Origin: Octopus sinensis
Taxonomy: Eukaryota
Length of the DNA: 64,000 nucleotides
Reading direction: 5' to 3'
Assembly: GCF_006345805.1 (NCBI RefSeq)
Contig: NC_043005.1
Coordinates: forward strand, 7,998,001 to 8,062,000
Part shown: positions 40,360 to 54,508 of the stretch, one piece after another
Layout: the number at the start of each line of letters is the position of its first letter
Position numbering within the stretch: the first letter of the stretch is position 1
Notes under the pieces: generated by a model
What the model saw: only the letters and a program-made list of their open reading frames with translations
The model's database searches: none
What the model was told of the DNA's origin: nothing
Made by a program: the position numbers and the translations under genes

Positions 40360-41425
40360 GGACAATGCATACGTAAGAATACATTTAAATGAAATAGAAA
40401 CAGCGGCAGTGTAATAAATAATAAATATCCATCATTTTCAGGTGTTTAAATACCTGGAGCTTTGAGAGATTATTCTCCACCACACCAAGTACATAATTAT
40501 TGCGCCTTTGTTTTTCAATAAATTTTATTCATCAAAAACAATAACAGCATGTAACAAAAACATCTTTAAATGTTTATTCCGGAGCATATTCGCCATCTTC
40601 TTCAATTACTGCTTCCCATTTGCTTGGCAGACGGTCAGACCGTCATATTCTACCAAGGCCCAACCGTTTCCATAACTGTCTTTCGTATCTGAAAAAACGA
40701 AAGATGTCAGAAAGTTCTTTGTTCATGAGAATTTTTAATGCAATCATGAAATTCCTAATTATTTGAATTTATCTTCCCTTCTTATTCATAGTTGTTTAAA
40801 AGAATATCTTTAGGCTTTTGTGTTCTCTGTCTCTTTCCGAAGATAATTTTAACAAAGGCTGAGTATATCCTGTACAGTATTGAATCGAACATTTCCGACA
40901 TGGTTATTCAAATTCATATCACTGCTTCCTTTGAGCTATTTTCTCTTAGCATCTTTATGAAACAAAACATCTTTAAATGATTATTCCGGAGCATATTCAC
41001 CATCTGCTTCAATTATTACTTCCCATTTGCTTGGCAGACGGTTAGGCCGTCATTTAAAGATGTTTTGTTAAATATTGTTATCGTTTCTGTTGAATAAAAT
41101 TTGTTGAAAAATAGCCGCAATAATTATGCACCACCCAATATAATCGTCCACATATACGTAACGTATAAACAATACGAGTATTTGCCGGTAGGCTTCAACT
41201 TGGTGTGGTGGAGAATAGCCTCTCAAAGCTCCGAGTATTTAAACACCTGAAAGTGATGGATAGGCGTAGAAACTGACCTCATATCCCATTCAGGATGGCG
41301 GGGTCGATGTTTCGCCAACTTTGTGCCCGAAACTGGATCGGAGATCAGTAATATCGGGAATGTTTCTTACTCTACTGCTGCTTCTATTTTATATTTGAAT
41401 TTATTCTTAAGTGTACATTGTACGA
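40360..41425. mobile_element. Rearranged mariner remnant with long imperfect inverted ends and a duplicated transposase C-terminus
   Basis: Minus-strand GLDRLPSKWEAVIEEDGEYAPE* near 40575-40645, repeated near 40980-41045. ccatcattttcaggtgtttaaatac pairs with gtatttaaacacctgaaagtgatgg. Confidence 0.6.
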
Positions 41426-41431
41426 GAAAAT

Positions 41432-41658
41432 GGCGAGCTGGCAGAATCGTTAGCGCGCCGGGCGAAATGCTTAGCGGCATTTCGTCTGTCGTTACGTTCT
41501 GAGTTCAAATTCCACCGAGGTCAACTTTGCCTTTCATCCTTTCGGAGTCGATAAATAAAGTACCAGTTTCGCACTGGGGGCGATATAATCGACTCAATCC
41601 CTTCGTCAGTCCTTGTTTGTCCCCTCTGTGTTTAGCTCCTTGTGGGTAGTAAAGAAAT
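41432..41658 (+). mobile_element. SINE family C, full length
   Basis: Head, core and gtgggtagtaaagaaata tail as at 4357. Confidence 0.9.
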
Positions 41659-44426
41659 ATATATAATAAAATCAACAGTTATTCACCGTTCCAAAATCAT
41701 CTTTAAAAGTTGCGTTTCAGTCATGTGATAGGAAATCTCTGAAAAATCATACGTAATCACACGCATAATTATCTTCTACCACAAACACTTACACATACAC
41801 AGACATACACACACAATAAAGCTTGTAATGACACCTGGTCTAGTGGTTCGGATGTCATGATCACGATCGCCTGAACGTGGGTTCGATTCTTGAACAAAAC
41901 ACTTCATTTCACATTGGTCCAGTTCACTCAGATGTAAATGGGAAACACTGGAATAAAATAGCGTTCCGATCATAGGGAATGGTGGACTGCTTACCTAGCA
42001 AGTGGAGTGGCGTCGTTCGAAAGCTAAAGTGATGCGAAATGCATGATGATGACCAGCGATGTATAATAACATCTGAGGGTATGGTCGTTTATGTGATATA
42101 TATATGTTCACTGATAAAATTCCGTACTGCTCCAGCATGGCCACAATCAAATGACTGAAACAAGTAAAAGAAAGAAAAAGAATCGGGGTCGATTCGTTCG
42201 ACAAAAATTCTCCTAGGTGGTGCTACAGCATGGCCGAAGCCAAATGACTGAAGCAAAAAAAGCAAAAAAAATAATAAAATAAGAAATGATACACGTACAC
42301 ACACGCACATGCTTATGCATACATATATATATATATATATCAACACACATACAAAAGCTCATGTATAACAATATCTTTATACGTCTCTATATAGCACCAT
42401 CTGATTATCTATCTATATTGACTCACACACACGTACACACACACACATATATATACACACACACACATGTACATAGCGCTTTGTCTATTTCTAGAAGTAG
42501 CTTGCTGTAGACAATGAATTTGAAAGATAGCTCCATGATTATAAATAACATATCAATCCGATTGAATGGAAGACGACCGGGAAACGAAAGCGACAAAAAG
42601 ATGGAAATGCAGACAACAATTCAAAGATATGGAGGTAGAGAGAGAGAGAGAGAGAGGAAAGGAGGGAAATCGAGAAAGATAGATAGATAAAGCAAGAGAG
42701 ACAGAGTGTTGTGGAGTAGTTGGTGGAGGTAGAGGTTGGTAGAGACTTTGAATAAAAGCCTAAAAACAAGACATCTTTAACAATGAAATTAACGAGAAAC
42801 CAAAGACAAGATAAAGCGTTGATGCTGTCGTAGTCTTTTAGCCCTAGGCTGGCCTTAATTGAGTAGACCAATCATTAGAAGCGTTCCAGCATGACAATCC
42901 TGTCTTTTGTAGTATATCGGGAAATACATTTTCCACTGCTTCCTTTGTTGTTTTTTTAAGACTGTAGGGTTTACAAGAAGGAGACATGGCTGCTATTTCT
43001 AGCAGATCGAATGACCACATAGGGGATCACTAAGTCAGAGAACTGCGATGTTATGTATGTATGTATGTATGTATGTATGTATGTATGCATGTATACGCGC
43101 AGATGTGTATGTATGTGGAGTATGTATGAAAGTGCTTGTGACGTTGTGAGATTGAGATATGCATGCACGTAAGCGCGCTCACCAGCGCACACCTATGCGC
43201 ATATATGCATGTGTGTGTGTGTGTGTGTGTGTGTACGTGACTGTATACAAGTGTATATAGTATATGTCGGATAGAGGGGTGAATGAGTTTATGGGAGCTT
43301 ATGTACATGTGTGCCTTAGCGCTTACTTGTACCTGTAATTACATCTGAGCATGTGTGTCTGTTTGAAAGTGGAAATTATAACTAATAAGGGTAGCTTGTT
43401 CGCAATTTTACAACGGAAAGGCAGAGATATATTTGTAACTAAAGTGACTGAGAACACTAGTCAGCACTAGTATTGCTAGAAATTCTGCAATGAATTGTTT
43501 TAACTGTTATTTCTCCTGCCACAACCTGGGACCTTGAAGACTGCTTTAATGCAAGAAAGTATACTAGTCCCTTAATATTTTATATTCAATATTTCATCTA
43601 TTCAATAAGACAATCAATACTTCATTTCATTTTACTATATATATATATATATTATTTATACTGTATATTCTATATTCTACATTAATATTATAAAGAATAT
43701 AAATAAAACAAAAATAGCTGGAATTTCTTTGAATAATATATATTTCCCTCTATACACAATCATACAGCCCCCTTTATATACATACACACACACACACACA
43801 TATATATATATATGTATGAGTGCGTGTATGTATAAACATAAATATGAAGAAGAAAATGAGATGTTGGTCCGTTGTGAAGAGAAACAGGTAAGACACAGCA
43901 ACAGTGGTAATAGTAACAGGCGTGACGTTTATAGTATATCGCGGTAGCAAGTCTACAAAGACTGCAGTGGTGGCGGTAACAGGTGTAAAATGAGAGTAGT
44001 GGTCTGTTGGCAGCAGACGTAATATGCTTGGTGGTAGTGGCAGTGGTAGTAGGAGGTGTAACGTGCAAGGCATAACATTTCTGGGCGGTAACAGGTGTAA
44101 CAAAACTGCGATGGTGGTGGTGGTAGTTGTAGGTGAAATGGTTGAGGTAGAGAGTTGTAAGCAGGTAGAAGATTAGTAGTGGTGGCAGTGGCGGTAATCG
44201 ATGCGAACAGATGTAACACGACGGAAGTGGTAATAGTAGCAGGTATAGTGTAAAAGGGCGGTAACGCATGTAACACTGATGGTTGTGGTGGCGGTAACAG
44301 GTGTAACGACAATGGAGGAGGCGGTAAACAGTAATCGTAATGCCAATAGACCTGAAGAAAAAAAACAGCAATAAACAGAAGAGTGAATTGCAAATTGTCT
44401 AGTAGTAGTAGTAGTAGTAGTAGTAA

Positions 44427-44470
<44 letters not shown>

Positions 44471-45134
44471 ACAGCAACAGTAGTAGCGGCAGTAGTAGTA
44501 GTAGTAGTAGTTTTTCTTGAAGTAACAGAATAACCATCATTATGATTATCTTTTGCCTTAGCAGTAATATATTTCTTTACTACCCACAAGGGTCTAAACA
44601 CAGGTGGGGACAGACAAGGACAGACAAACGGATTAAGTCGATTACATCGACCTCCAGTGCGTAACTGGTACTTAATTTATCGACCCCGAAAGGATGAATA
44701 GCAGAGGTACTAGCAGTAATAGTGGCGGTAAAGATGCTATTGTAGATGTAGAGGGTATAGTTGATGGTATAGCAGTGGTAGCTTGTATGGAGTATGATGT
44801 GGTGGTGTGTTGGTGTATAGTGGTGGTGTGTGTGTGTGGTGGTGTTGTGATGTTGTTGTCGGCGTATGTTGATAAGTAATGTGCGGCGGTAGTATAATAA
44901 TGGTATGATTGTGAGGTAGTGATGGTGGGGCTGGTGGTGGTGAAGTGGTAGGGAGTGGTAGTGTGGTATAGTACAGCGTGCTGTACGTAATAGTGTGAGG
45001 TGGTACGGCGGCGTGTATATGTGTGTGTGTGACGGTGGTGAATAATGGTGTGTGTGGTGTTGTATGCTATGCGATGTTGCTAGTGAATGGTGGAGCTGCA
45101 ATATATTGCGGTGTGGTAGCATGTCATGGAGTGG

Positions 45135-45408
45135 GGGAGGCACATAGCCTAGTGGTTAGAGCAGCGGACTCACGGTCGAGAGATCGCGGGTTCGAATCTC
45201 AGACCGGGCGATGTGTGTGTTTATGAGCGAAACACCTAAGCTCCACGCGGATCCGGCAGAAGGTAATGGCGAAACTTCTGCTGACTCTTTCGCCACAACT
45301 TTCTCTCACTCTTTCTTCCTGCATCTTGCAGCTCACCTGCGATGGACCGGCGTCCCGTCCAGGCGGGGAACCTATACGCCAAGAAACCGGGAAACTGGCC
45401 CTTATGAG
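45135..45408 (+). mobile_element. SINE family B2
   Basis: tRNA head GGAGGCACATAGCCTAGTGGTTAGAG; body shared with 55696-55967 and 60076-60343. Confidence 0.85.
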
Positions 45409-45580
45409 CGTTTTTGCTTTCGCTTTGGCTCATGTGTGATATCTAATGGCGAAAGTTTAAAGATGAAATGGTATGTGGCAGTTTATGTCGCTATATGAGG
45501 ATAAACTGATGTGTGTCGTGACTATATATGATGTTTTTGATGTTGTGTGGTGATCAGTTGTTATTTTTATGCTGTGTATA

Positions 45581-46001
45581 CTCTTTACTCTTTTACTCTT
45601 TTACTTGTTTCAGTCATTTGACTGTGGCCATGCTAAAGCACCGCCTTTAGTCGAGCAAATCGACCCAAGGACTTATTCTTTGTAAGCCTAGTACTTATTC
45701 TATCGGTCTCTTTTTGCCGAACCGCTAAGTTACGGGGACGTAAACACACTAGCATCGGTTGTCAAGCGATGTTGGGGGGGGGGGGGTCAAACACAGACAC
45801 ACACACACATATATATATGTATATATACACATATATACGACGGGCTTCTTTCAGTTTCTGTCTACGAAATCCAGTCACAAGGCCTTGGTCGGACCGAGGC
45901 TATAGTAGAAGACACTTGCCCAAGATGCTATGCAGTGGGACTGAACCCGGAACCATATGGTTCGTAAGCAAGCTGCTTACCACACACCCACTCCTACGCC
46001 T
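45581..46001 (-). mobile_element. SINE family A, full length
   Basis: Reverse complement of 8924-9342. Confidence 0.9.
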
Positions 46002-46612
46002 ATGTTTAATGTTGTGTGGTTTTTGGTTGTTATTGTTTTGTGCAGTATATAGTTGCTGTATTGTGTGGTATTCGCTTACTGTTGTCATGCAGTATGTATT
46101 CCTTGTTACCATTGTTGTTGCATGGTATGTAGTTTTGGTGTTGTTTTCTGGTGCATGGTTGTTGTTATTGTTGTTGTTGTGGTCGATGTCAACTCAGATT
46201 TAGAAATACTCGTTGACTGAATAGATGCGGTCAATTATACAGATATTTTTGCAGCGTTTAGGTGTGACCCTTCGCCGACTATAAACTGTGGTTCATCGAA
46301 TATATGATTCTGTGTAGTCACAATACAGTATATGATGTTGCTTCCTTTCCAGAGTCCATCATGTTCTAGTTGTAACTACAGTGGTGATAGGAAAGCCTAT
46401 GCCTGCTTTTTCCTAAAATGTCGTACAGCTTTTAACACGCTCCTTCGTTTGTTCATATGAGCACGAACGAGAGGTGAAGTGTGAATCGTCTTCAACCTGA
46501 AAAATAATGACAGTAAGCACTATAAAGCATTTAGTATGATGAAGAACGTAAATTTCAGGGAATTTTCAATAAAACTGACAATAAAAGTTGATATGATGTT
46601 TAAACATTAAAT

Positions 46613-49406
46613 TGCTGTGAGAAGAAGTACGATGCTCTTTGTGAGAGATAGACTGCTCCGAGTAAAGTATAAACAGTAACGATCCGAGTGAGTTCAAGGT
46701 TCACAGGTCGTGTTCTTTTGCAGCGAAGTCGGAAGTTGTCGGTAGGTTAGTTTACAAGGAATATTAATTGCTGGTTCGTAAAGAGATTTGTTATTTCGTT
46801 AAATTGTTTTTACTGTTGTCTGGTTATCTTATTGTACGTAATAAATTACGTTACAACATCTGGCGACGAGGGTTTCGAAGCTCATATAGGTTATTTAACA
46901 ACTTCTTCGTGATACAACTTGTTAAATAATGGAAGACCTGTAAGCTTCCGGAGTATAGTTGCAAAAGCAACAAGAGCAGTAACAAGACTTGCAGAAGCAA
47001 CTATTACAGTAACAATTACAACAGCAACAATTATTTGCGCTATATTCAAAGAAGACCAAAAAGTTCGTTTTTGCCAGACGGCTTCGAACTTGATTAATGA
47101 ATTCAAATATAACACAGAGGAGGGTATAACTTTTGCTTCATACTACAGAAGGCACGAGGAGATTTTTAAACAAGATTGCAACTCATGGTCGGACGAACAA
47201 AAAGTGAGATTATGATTGCGAAAATTAGCTCCGTTAGAGCATGAACGTTACTGTAATTTCATATTGCCCCAAAAAACAATGAAATTTGTTTTAAAGAAAC
47301 AATAGAATCACTGTCCAACATATTTGGTGATAAAACTTCTCTATTTAACACTCGAATGGAGTGTTGAATATAAAGGAAAAAGAGAATGATGATTTTATCA
47401 CTTACGCAAGAACAATCAACATGTTGTGTGAAAGTTTTAAACTCAAAGAACTTACACCTGAGATGTTCAAGTGTCTTATTTTCGCACAAGACCTAACAGC
47501 AAGCGAAGATACAAATATTGGTCCAACGATTTTTTCTAAGTTGGAACAAGCATACCAAGATCTAATCTTATAGTCCGTGGCAGAAGAATGCCAAATGATG
47601 GTAAACCCGAAACATGATGTAAAAAATATCCAAGTAAAGGATTCCACAAAAATACAGATATGCCGACCGGGAAAGTACAACCAAAAAAGAGCGCCAAGTT
47701 CTAATCCTTGTTATGGAAGTGGAGGCATACATTTCAGAAAAGGCTGTCTATTTAAAAATCAAAAATGTTACAGTTGCAAAAGAATTGGTCACAAGAGTTC
47801 ACAAGGCAGAACAAAATTATGAAGATCAAATGTTAAAAAGCAGAAACAAAAATCGACGTCCAAATAAGAAAATTCGTACATCTAAACATATGTGGAATAC
47901 ATATTAAACTTGGATACTTGAAGTGATATTTCATTAATAAATATGAACACATGGAAGAAAATAGGGAAACCTATGTTGAGAAAAACATCGAAATCTGCTC
48001 GTAGCGTGACGGGCGACAAATTACATTTCATAGGCGAAATGTGGACTAATATTACATTTCGAATAAAAACATGCAGGACGAAAATCTTGGGCGTTAAAAA
48101 TGCAATCGATCTGTTTGGTAACGATTGGTTAAAATTATTCGATTTATGGCACCTCCCCATAAATCTCTATTGCAAAAAGCGTAAATGGTTGTCCCTCTAA
48201 AAATAACTCGTCTGAAGAGTTAAAGAGAAAAATGTAAAAAATTGTTCCGCAAGCATTCTCGGACAAACATCTTTACCCTGCCGTACCGACCGAGGTTAAA
48301 TGGCCTGGTGGAAAGATTTGTTGACATTTTCAAAAGAGTTCTAATAAAAGTTAGGAACGAACTAGACAAAGACGAAGCATTAACGAAATGTTTGAGAGTA
48401 TATAGAATAACGCCAAATCCAAATACTAATTGAGGAAAGTCACCAGCAGAGTTAATGTTCAAGTGTAAAATAAAATTGATCTTCGATAAATTATTGCCAG
48501 GAAAAAAATATAAAGGAAAGACAGAAAGTACATTGCAAGGAAATATAAGTAATGTTACAAAACATTTCGAAGTAGGAGATAAAGTTCATTTTAATGATTA
48601 CGAAAATGGTAAAGAAAGTTGGGAGGATGGCTGTATAATAAAAAGATTAGGTAACATGATGTATTTAATTAAAGGACAACGTTTGGGACATAAGAAGCAT
48701 CTTAACCAGTTAAAGATGAGACCTACAGAAGAACGAAGGGTAATACCAATGGAGGTCCTCTATGATTTGTTTGACGTGCCAGCACCGAGAGATATTGAAC
48801 TCCGTAGAACTAGCTTCAGAAAACGACAACAGACTGAACATCTGGAAGTAATACCTATACAAAAAAGATATTAAACTTTCAAAAAAAAAAGCAAGAAAAA
48901 ACAAGAGTGCTAACAAGAGTGCTTAGTACAAAAAAAGAAAAACGTTTTGTGTGCAACGAGCTATACTAGCTTAAAAGTCGAATGACAAATAGATACAATA
49001 GCTAAAAAAGAGGAAGAGGTGTTGGAAAGATAACAAAATAACAGAAATTCCACTTTCTGGCAGTAATCGAATTCTCAAAAGAGGAGATGTTGTGATGAGA
49101 ATTACGACGACCCTTTGTGATAGGTAGACTGGTCCGAGTAAAGTATAAATAGTAACAATCCGAGTGAGTTCAAGGTTAAGAGTTCGGAGTCGAGTGAAGT
49201 TCGTAATGAATTCAGAAGGTGTCAGTGGGTTGGTTCACAGTCGTTATACAAGTGCTCCCGCGTAGCTAAGAGTTATTTTGGCTCTTATTTCTAGCCAGTG
49301 CTGACTATTTATTGTTGGTTCGTAAAGAGATTTGTTATTTCGTTACATTGTTTTGACTGTTGTCTGGTTATCTTATTTATTGTACGTAGCAAATTACGTT
49401 ACAACA
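46613..49406 (+). mobile_element. Internally deleted Ty3/Gypsy (Mag-like) LTR retrotransposon
   Basis: LTRs TG...CA at 46613-46858 and 49088-49406; PBS TGGCGACGAGG (complement of the tRNA-Ser GCU 3' end); PPT aaaagaggaga; flanks taaat/taaac. Broken gag with two CCHC knuckles, protease remnant, integrase YRPRLNGLVERFV; no RT/RNase H seen. Confidence 0.9.
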
Positions 49407-50693
49407 TAAACTAATTCAAGGTGTAAACTGAGTAAATGCAGAAAACAGGATACGAAATTATATGAATATTTTCGACGATTTTCCAGCTTTTAAATAAAGC
49501 ATAAGGTTTCAGATTCAAAAGTCGTTTCAAATGCTGAATAAACGATAATAAAAGGACGTCACTTGAAATATAATATTCTTAAAGAGATTCATAAAATATC
49601 AATTTATATATAAATCTGAATTTTGAACATTGAAAAATCTAATAAGAACGTTTCTCGGTTACAGATTTATAGCATATTTAGATTGATTCTTTTCGTATAG
49701 AGATTAACAGAAACTATATCTAAATATGAAATAATAATTTTGAACTATATACGTGGCATAAGACTAACGGTAATAGTGCTACTTTCATTTTGCAACTCCT
49801 AGGAGTGCAGTAAGCGAAACGTGGTCCATTAAAATTGTTATGTCTACATTGTTATGAATAGGCAATATTATATGCTGAGATTTTATATTGCAACAACAAT
49901 ATGAGAGAGAGAGTGAGAGAGATAGGGGAAGAGAGAGTGAGAGAGATAGGGGAAGAGAGAGTGAGAGAGATAGAGGAAGAGAGAGAGAGAGAAAGAAATT
50001 TAGATCGATAGGTAGATAGACAGTAAAAAGGCAATACTCAGGCATTAAGAAACTTCGAAACGAAATGGTAGGAAATTAATATAAAGTAATGAAGTGTAAG
50101 TAGATGACTAAACACATACTCAGTTGTATGTGGCAAGGATTAAGGATAAAAGGAAACAAATAGAAAAAAACTAGACTAAGAAATGTAGATTATTTGTACA
50201 TAAGCCCAGAGCTTGTCTTCGTTAAAGAAAGAGAAAAACAACAACGTATAATTGTTGTATTCATGCATTTCAAAAGAGATTTAAGAACATAAACCACCGC
50301 AATAAAAGACATTATTTCTTTTGATCAAGCTTAAGGTCAGCCAAATTTGTAGGAAAATGTTTATAGTCAATAAATTTGATATCAGTATTTTACAGTAATA
50401 TAATAATCAAATGAATCATTAGGTGCTGAAAAGCACCAACGAGTTCAAATCGGTAACTGATTCAAATACATTGATCGACTATGTTAATAGTTCCTTCTCA
50501 AGAAACAAGAATAACTTTTGCAGTTAGTTCGAGGACAGCAACTACACCAGAATTTAATATTGCACTCAATTTATCAGTTCCGCAATGGTGACGAGTAAAC
50601 ACGAGATTTGAATATATAAATAGAATTTACTTTAATAATGAATACGTAACACCTATCCTTTTGCAACCGAACCAAGTCCATACAACAACCATT

Positions 50694-50746
<53 letters not shown>

Positions 50747-51044
50747 GAAAAAAATACCGTTTATCAATTCCAGATGAACAATTAAATTACACCAGCTAGA
50801 AAATTACATATAATAGAAATATTAACATTAAAATAACAATAAAATTTCAAAGAATAAGTAAATTGCAAAAAAAAAAATAATAATAACGTATATAAATTGT
50901 AGAATAACGACACGTATTTCATGGCTATATTTAAGAAATGATTATAGTTGTAGAGAAATCTCTTCGATATAAATATAGTCACTCATCAGGTATTTCTAAA
51001 TTGAATTTTTCCTTGTAAGTTTTGAATTTTATTCCCTCAATATT

Positions 51045-51102
<58 letters not shown>

Positions 51103-51140
51103 CATATATCATATTTAGATAAGTGTATATATATATATCT

Positions 51141-51710
51141 CAAAGGTAGGACCGAAAGAACACAACAAGCGGAAATCAACGAAACGCAACGAGGAAAAAT
51201 AGACGATAACATAAACAACAAAGAGGACAAAAACAAGAAACGCGCGGATCATTCGCAGCCGATTTCCTCTTCAGTCAGAGTCCAGAAAGTCCTCGCAGTT
51301 TCGCACTCATTCTCTTTGAGACTGCTCAAATACGACGAGTGCCAGGGACTTAAGCTAAAAGCAACGTTGCGTTCGTCAATAGACGAAAGACCCTTTCTGT
51401 TATTCACTTATCCGTATTCGCATATGTATAATTTTTTTTTCTATTGTATAGCCAAAAGGCGTTCTGTTGTACGTGTATAATTCTAGCTTTTTCGATCTTG
51501 TTTCTGTTCTTGTTCTCGTTCTTGTACATATTCATTTGCCTTTCCCAGGGACTTGATGCTTTTAGCTTCAGCCCCCGGCACTCGCCAGATTTGAGCAGTC
51601 TTGTTTCTGTCCTGTTTGTCGTTTGTTATGGTATCCTCCATTTCCCCACATGTCCCACATGTTCCGTTTTGTTGATTTCCGCTTGTTGTGTTCTTTCTGT
51701 CCTACCTTTG
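51141..51710. mobile_element. Penelope-like remnant with nested inverted repeats
   Basis: 51141-51187 pairs with 51665-51710, and 51320-51363 pairs with 51558-51601; (TA)n on both sides. The family assignment is inferred from this architecture. Confidence 0.6.
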
Positions 51711-51713
51711 TTT

Positions 51714-51756
<43 letters not shown>

Positions 51757-51757
51757 A

Positions 51758-52507
51758 TTGTTGATGACGATCTCAGTTGGAGTGCACACATCAACAAGAA
51801 GGTCGATATAGCTCGTAGGATGAGTTCCTGGATCTTAAGAACTTTCCGGTCCAGAGAACAAGGTGTCATCATACCACTTTTCTCCTCCTTTGTACGGCCA
51901 CACCTCGAATACTGCTGCCCACTGTGGTCTCCCCATACAAGACAAAACATCTCGAGGATTGAATCACCCCAGAGGGCACTCACTAAACGAATTGAAGGCA
52001 TGGCTGCTCTCGATTATTGGGATCGCCTTAAAGCCTTGAAACTTTACTCTCCCCAGCGTCGCCGTGAGCGGTACATCATTTGTACGATGTGGAAAATATA
52101 CCGCCAACTTTGCCCAAACGACCTAAACATTAGCTTCAAGGTTCATCCAAGACTTGGACCACGGGCTCTACGTCCCCTGCCCAATTCCAGATCACAGCAT
52201 ACATGTACACTGCAACATGATTTCTTTTCCTCAACAGGCCCTGCCCTATTTAACATTGTCCCGAAAGGGATCAAAGAGGAAAAGGATCCCATCAACTTTA
52301 AACGGAGTCTGGATAGATTCCTTCAAGGAATACCAGATAAGCCACCCATAATTGGATACAACTGACCCAACAAAAACTCACTACCTGAATGGACCATAAA
52401 CAAAACTTGACTTAAACAGGATTCAAATAATTCTATCAGGTGGTGCTATTAAGTTAGACATGGCCTGGACCAATCATATCTGGTCGAAACATATCTAAGT
52501 TTATCTA

Positions 52508-52512
<5 letters not shown>
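51758..52512 (+). mobile_element. CR1/L2-type LINE 3' end (RT C-terminus, 3' UTR)
   Basis: ORF 51820-52365: VRPHLEYCCPLWSP, IESPQRALTKRI, YWDRLKALKLYS.QRRRER, FKRSLDRFL; tail repeat (CTAAGTTTAT)2. Confidence 0.92.
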
Positions 52513-52571
<59 letters not shown>

Positions 52572-53004
52572 GACAGGGGGTGCTAGTCAGCACTGGCTAG
52601 AAATAAGAGCCAAAATAACTCTTAGCTACACGGGAGTACTTGTATAACAACTGACAAGGAAGACAAGCTTTGAAGTGCTCTTATGTTGCTAAGAGTTGTT
52701 TTGACTCATATTTCTAACAATGCGTGTGTGACGACAATAGTTAATGCCTTTTGGTTGTATATTGCGAATAGCCACCTTAATAATTCATAATTCTCACTTC
52801 GCCATTTTCGGAATAAATCAGTGTTTCCTATGCTGTTCTCTATAAGACTGACAAGGTGAGCTAAGTTCTTTAAGCCTCGGCGACGGAGTAATGGATCACC
52901 GATGAAGATTAATCAAATGGCTCGTTCTCGCTTCTCTTGTCTCTCTTGTCAGTCGTCAGTAAAGGCACACTCCATCACTTTAGTGACGTCTATAGTGGTT
53001 GACG

Positions 53005-53213
53005 TTTGTAGCTTAATTTCTCAAGGATTGTATTTAGTCACTGTGTTACATTTCCTAGTGCCCCAGTAATTACAGGTATAAGCCTGAACTTGTATTCTGG
53101 ATTGGGTAGCTGCAGATTTCTAAATAGTTCATCGTAGGTATTCTCTTTTACACTGAATCTCAGCTTTAAGTTAACATTCGCTGGGCAGCAGATTTCCACA
53201 ACTGTACACAATT
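53005..53213 (-). pseudogene. Fragment of a second RLE-type non-LTR family
   Basis: [13 protein letters not shown]...KENTY...RNLQ...YKF.LIPVITGALG. Confidence 0.65.
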
Positions 53214-53338
53214 GTATGTACGTATGTATGTATGTATGTATGTATGTATGTATGTATGTATGTATGTATGTATGCATCTCTCTCTCTCTCTCTATCTATC
53301 TGTCTGTCTGTCTGTCTGTCTACCTATCTGTTTACCTT

Positions 53339-53406
<68 letters not shown>

Positions 53407-53442
53407 CCTACCTACTTATCTATCTATCGATCTATCTATCTA

Positions 53443-53480
<38 letters not shown>

Positions 53481-54116
53481 GTTACACGATGGGCTTTTAT
53501 ACATTTTCGATCTACCAAATTCCTTCACAAGGTACTGGCCGATCTGTGACTATAGTAAAAGACACCCAAGTCAGCTTTAATCAAGCTTATTTATTAGTAT
53601 TGAGGCGTTGTTTTACTCCAAGTCATGTCTGATCAAACAGACTGTAGTCATAGTTAAAGTTACCGGTGTGACCTTTCTATCTTTTGGTGTTTATCACAAA
53701 ATATATTTTATCTGATGCGCCCTTTTGCTATTTTGTTATTTTGCTATTTTTGGCAGAAGGTATAGAAACGAAGTGGTAATGGTAGCGATGGTTGGGTACA
53801 TGTGTTGGTAGTAATAATGACAATGAAAGTGACAGAAATGGTGGTGCTTGTTCAGAGTGGTAGTGCTGTTAGTAGATGTTGTTGTTAAGCAACAAGACGG
53901 GTAAGGCTGATTAGGCGATGCTCCAGGGCTTAGGGGCGGGAGACCCCAGACCTTGGAAAAAAAAAAACATTGGTCGTCTTCTTGTAGTCGAGGGCTCTTC
54001 GTTGACGCCCGACACCACTGGGAGGTGGCCCTCGAAGCCGCTGGAAATGGAGATCTCCAGGTCCAAATTCTCGGACGGCTGCTGTTGGTGGTCGTGGTCG
54101 TTGTACTAATCGTGAG

Positions 54117-54508
54117 GCGGAGGCGCAATGGCCCAGTGGTTAGGGCAGCGGACTCGTGGTCGTAGGATCGCGGTTTCGATTCCCAGACCGGGCGTTGTGA
54201 GTGTTTATTGAGCGAAAACACCTAAAGCTCCACGCGGCTCCGGCAGGGGATGGTGGTGATCCCTGCTGTACTCTTTCGCCACAACTTTCTCTCACTCTTA
54301 CTTCCTGTTTCTGTTGTACCTGTATTTCAAAGGGCCGGCCTTGTCACTCCCTGTGTCACGCTGAATATCCCCGAGAACTACGTTAAGGGTACACGTGTCT
54401 GTGAAGTGCTCAGCCACTTACACGTTAATTCCACGAGCAGGCTGTTCCGTTGATTCGGATCAACCGGAACCGTCGTCGTCGTAACCGACGGAGTGCTTCC
54501 CTCCCCTT
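54117..54508 (+). mobile_element. SINE family B, full length with 13 bp TSD
   Basis: TSD tactaatcgtgag at 54104-54116 and 54509-54521. Confidence 0.93.

Noticed and set aside
43930-44330. ORFs over a recurring ggcggtaacaggtgtaa motif
   Set aside because: Degenerate low-complexity repeat with no protein-like composition.
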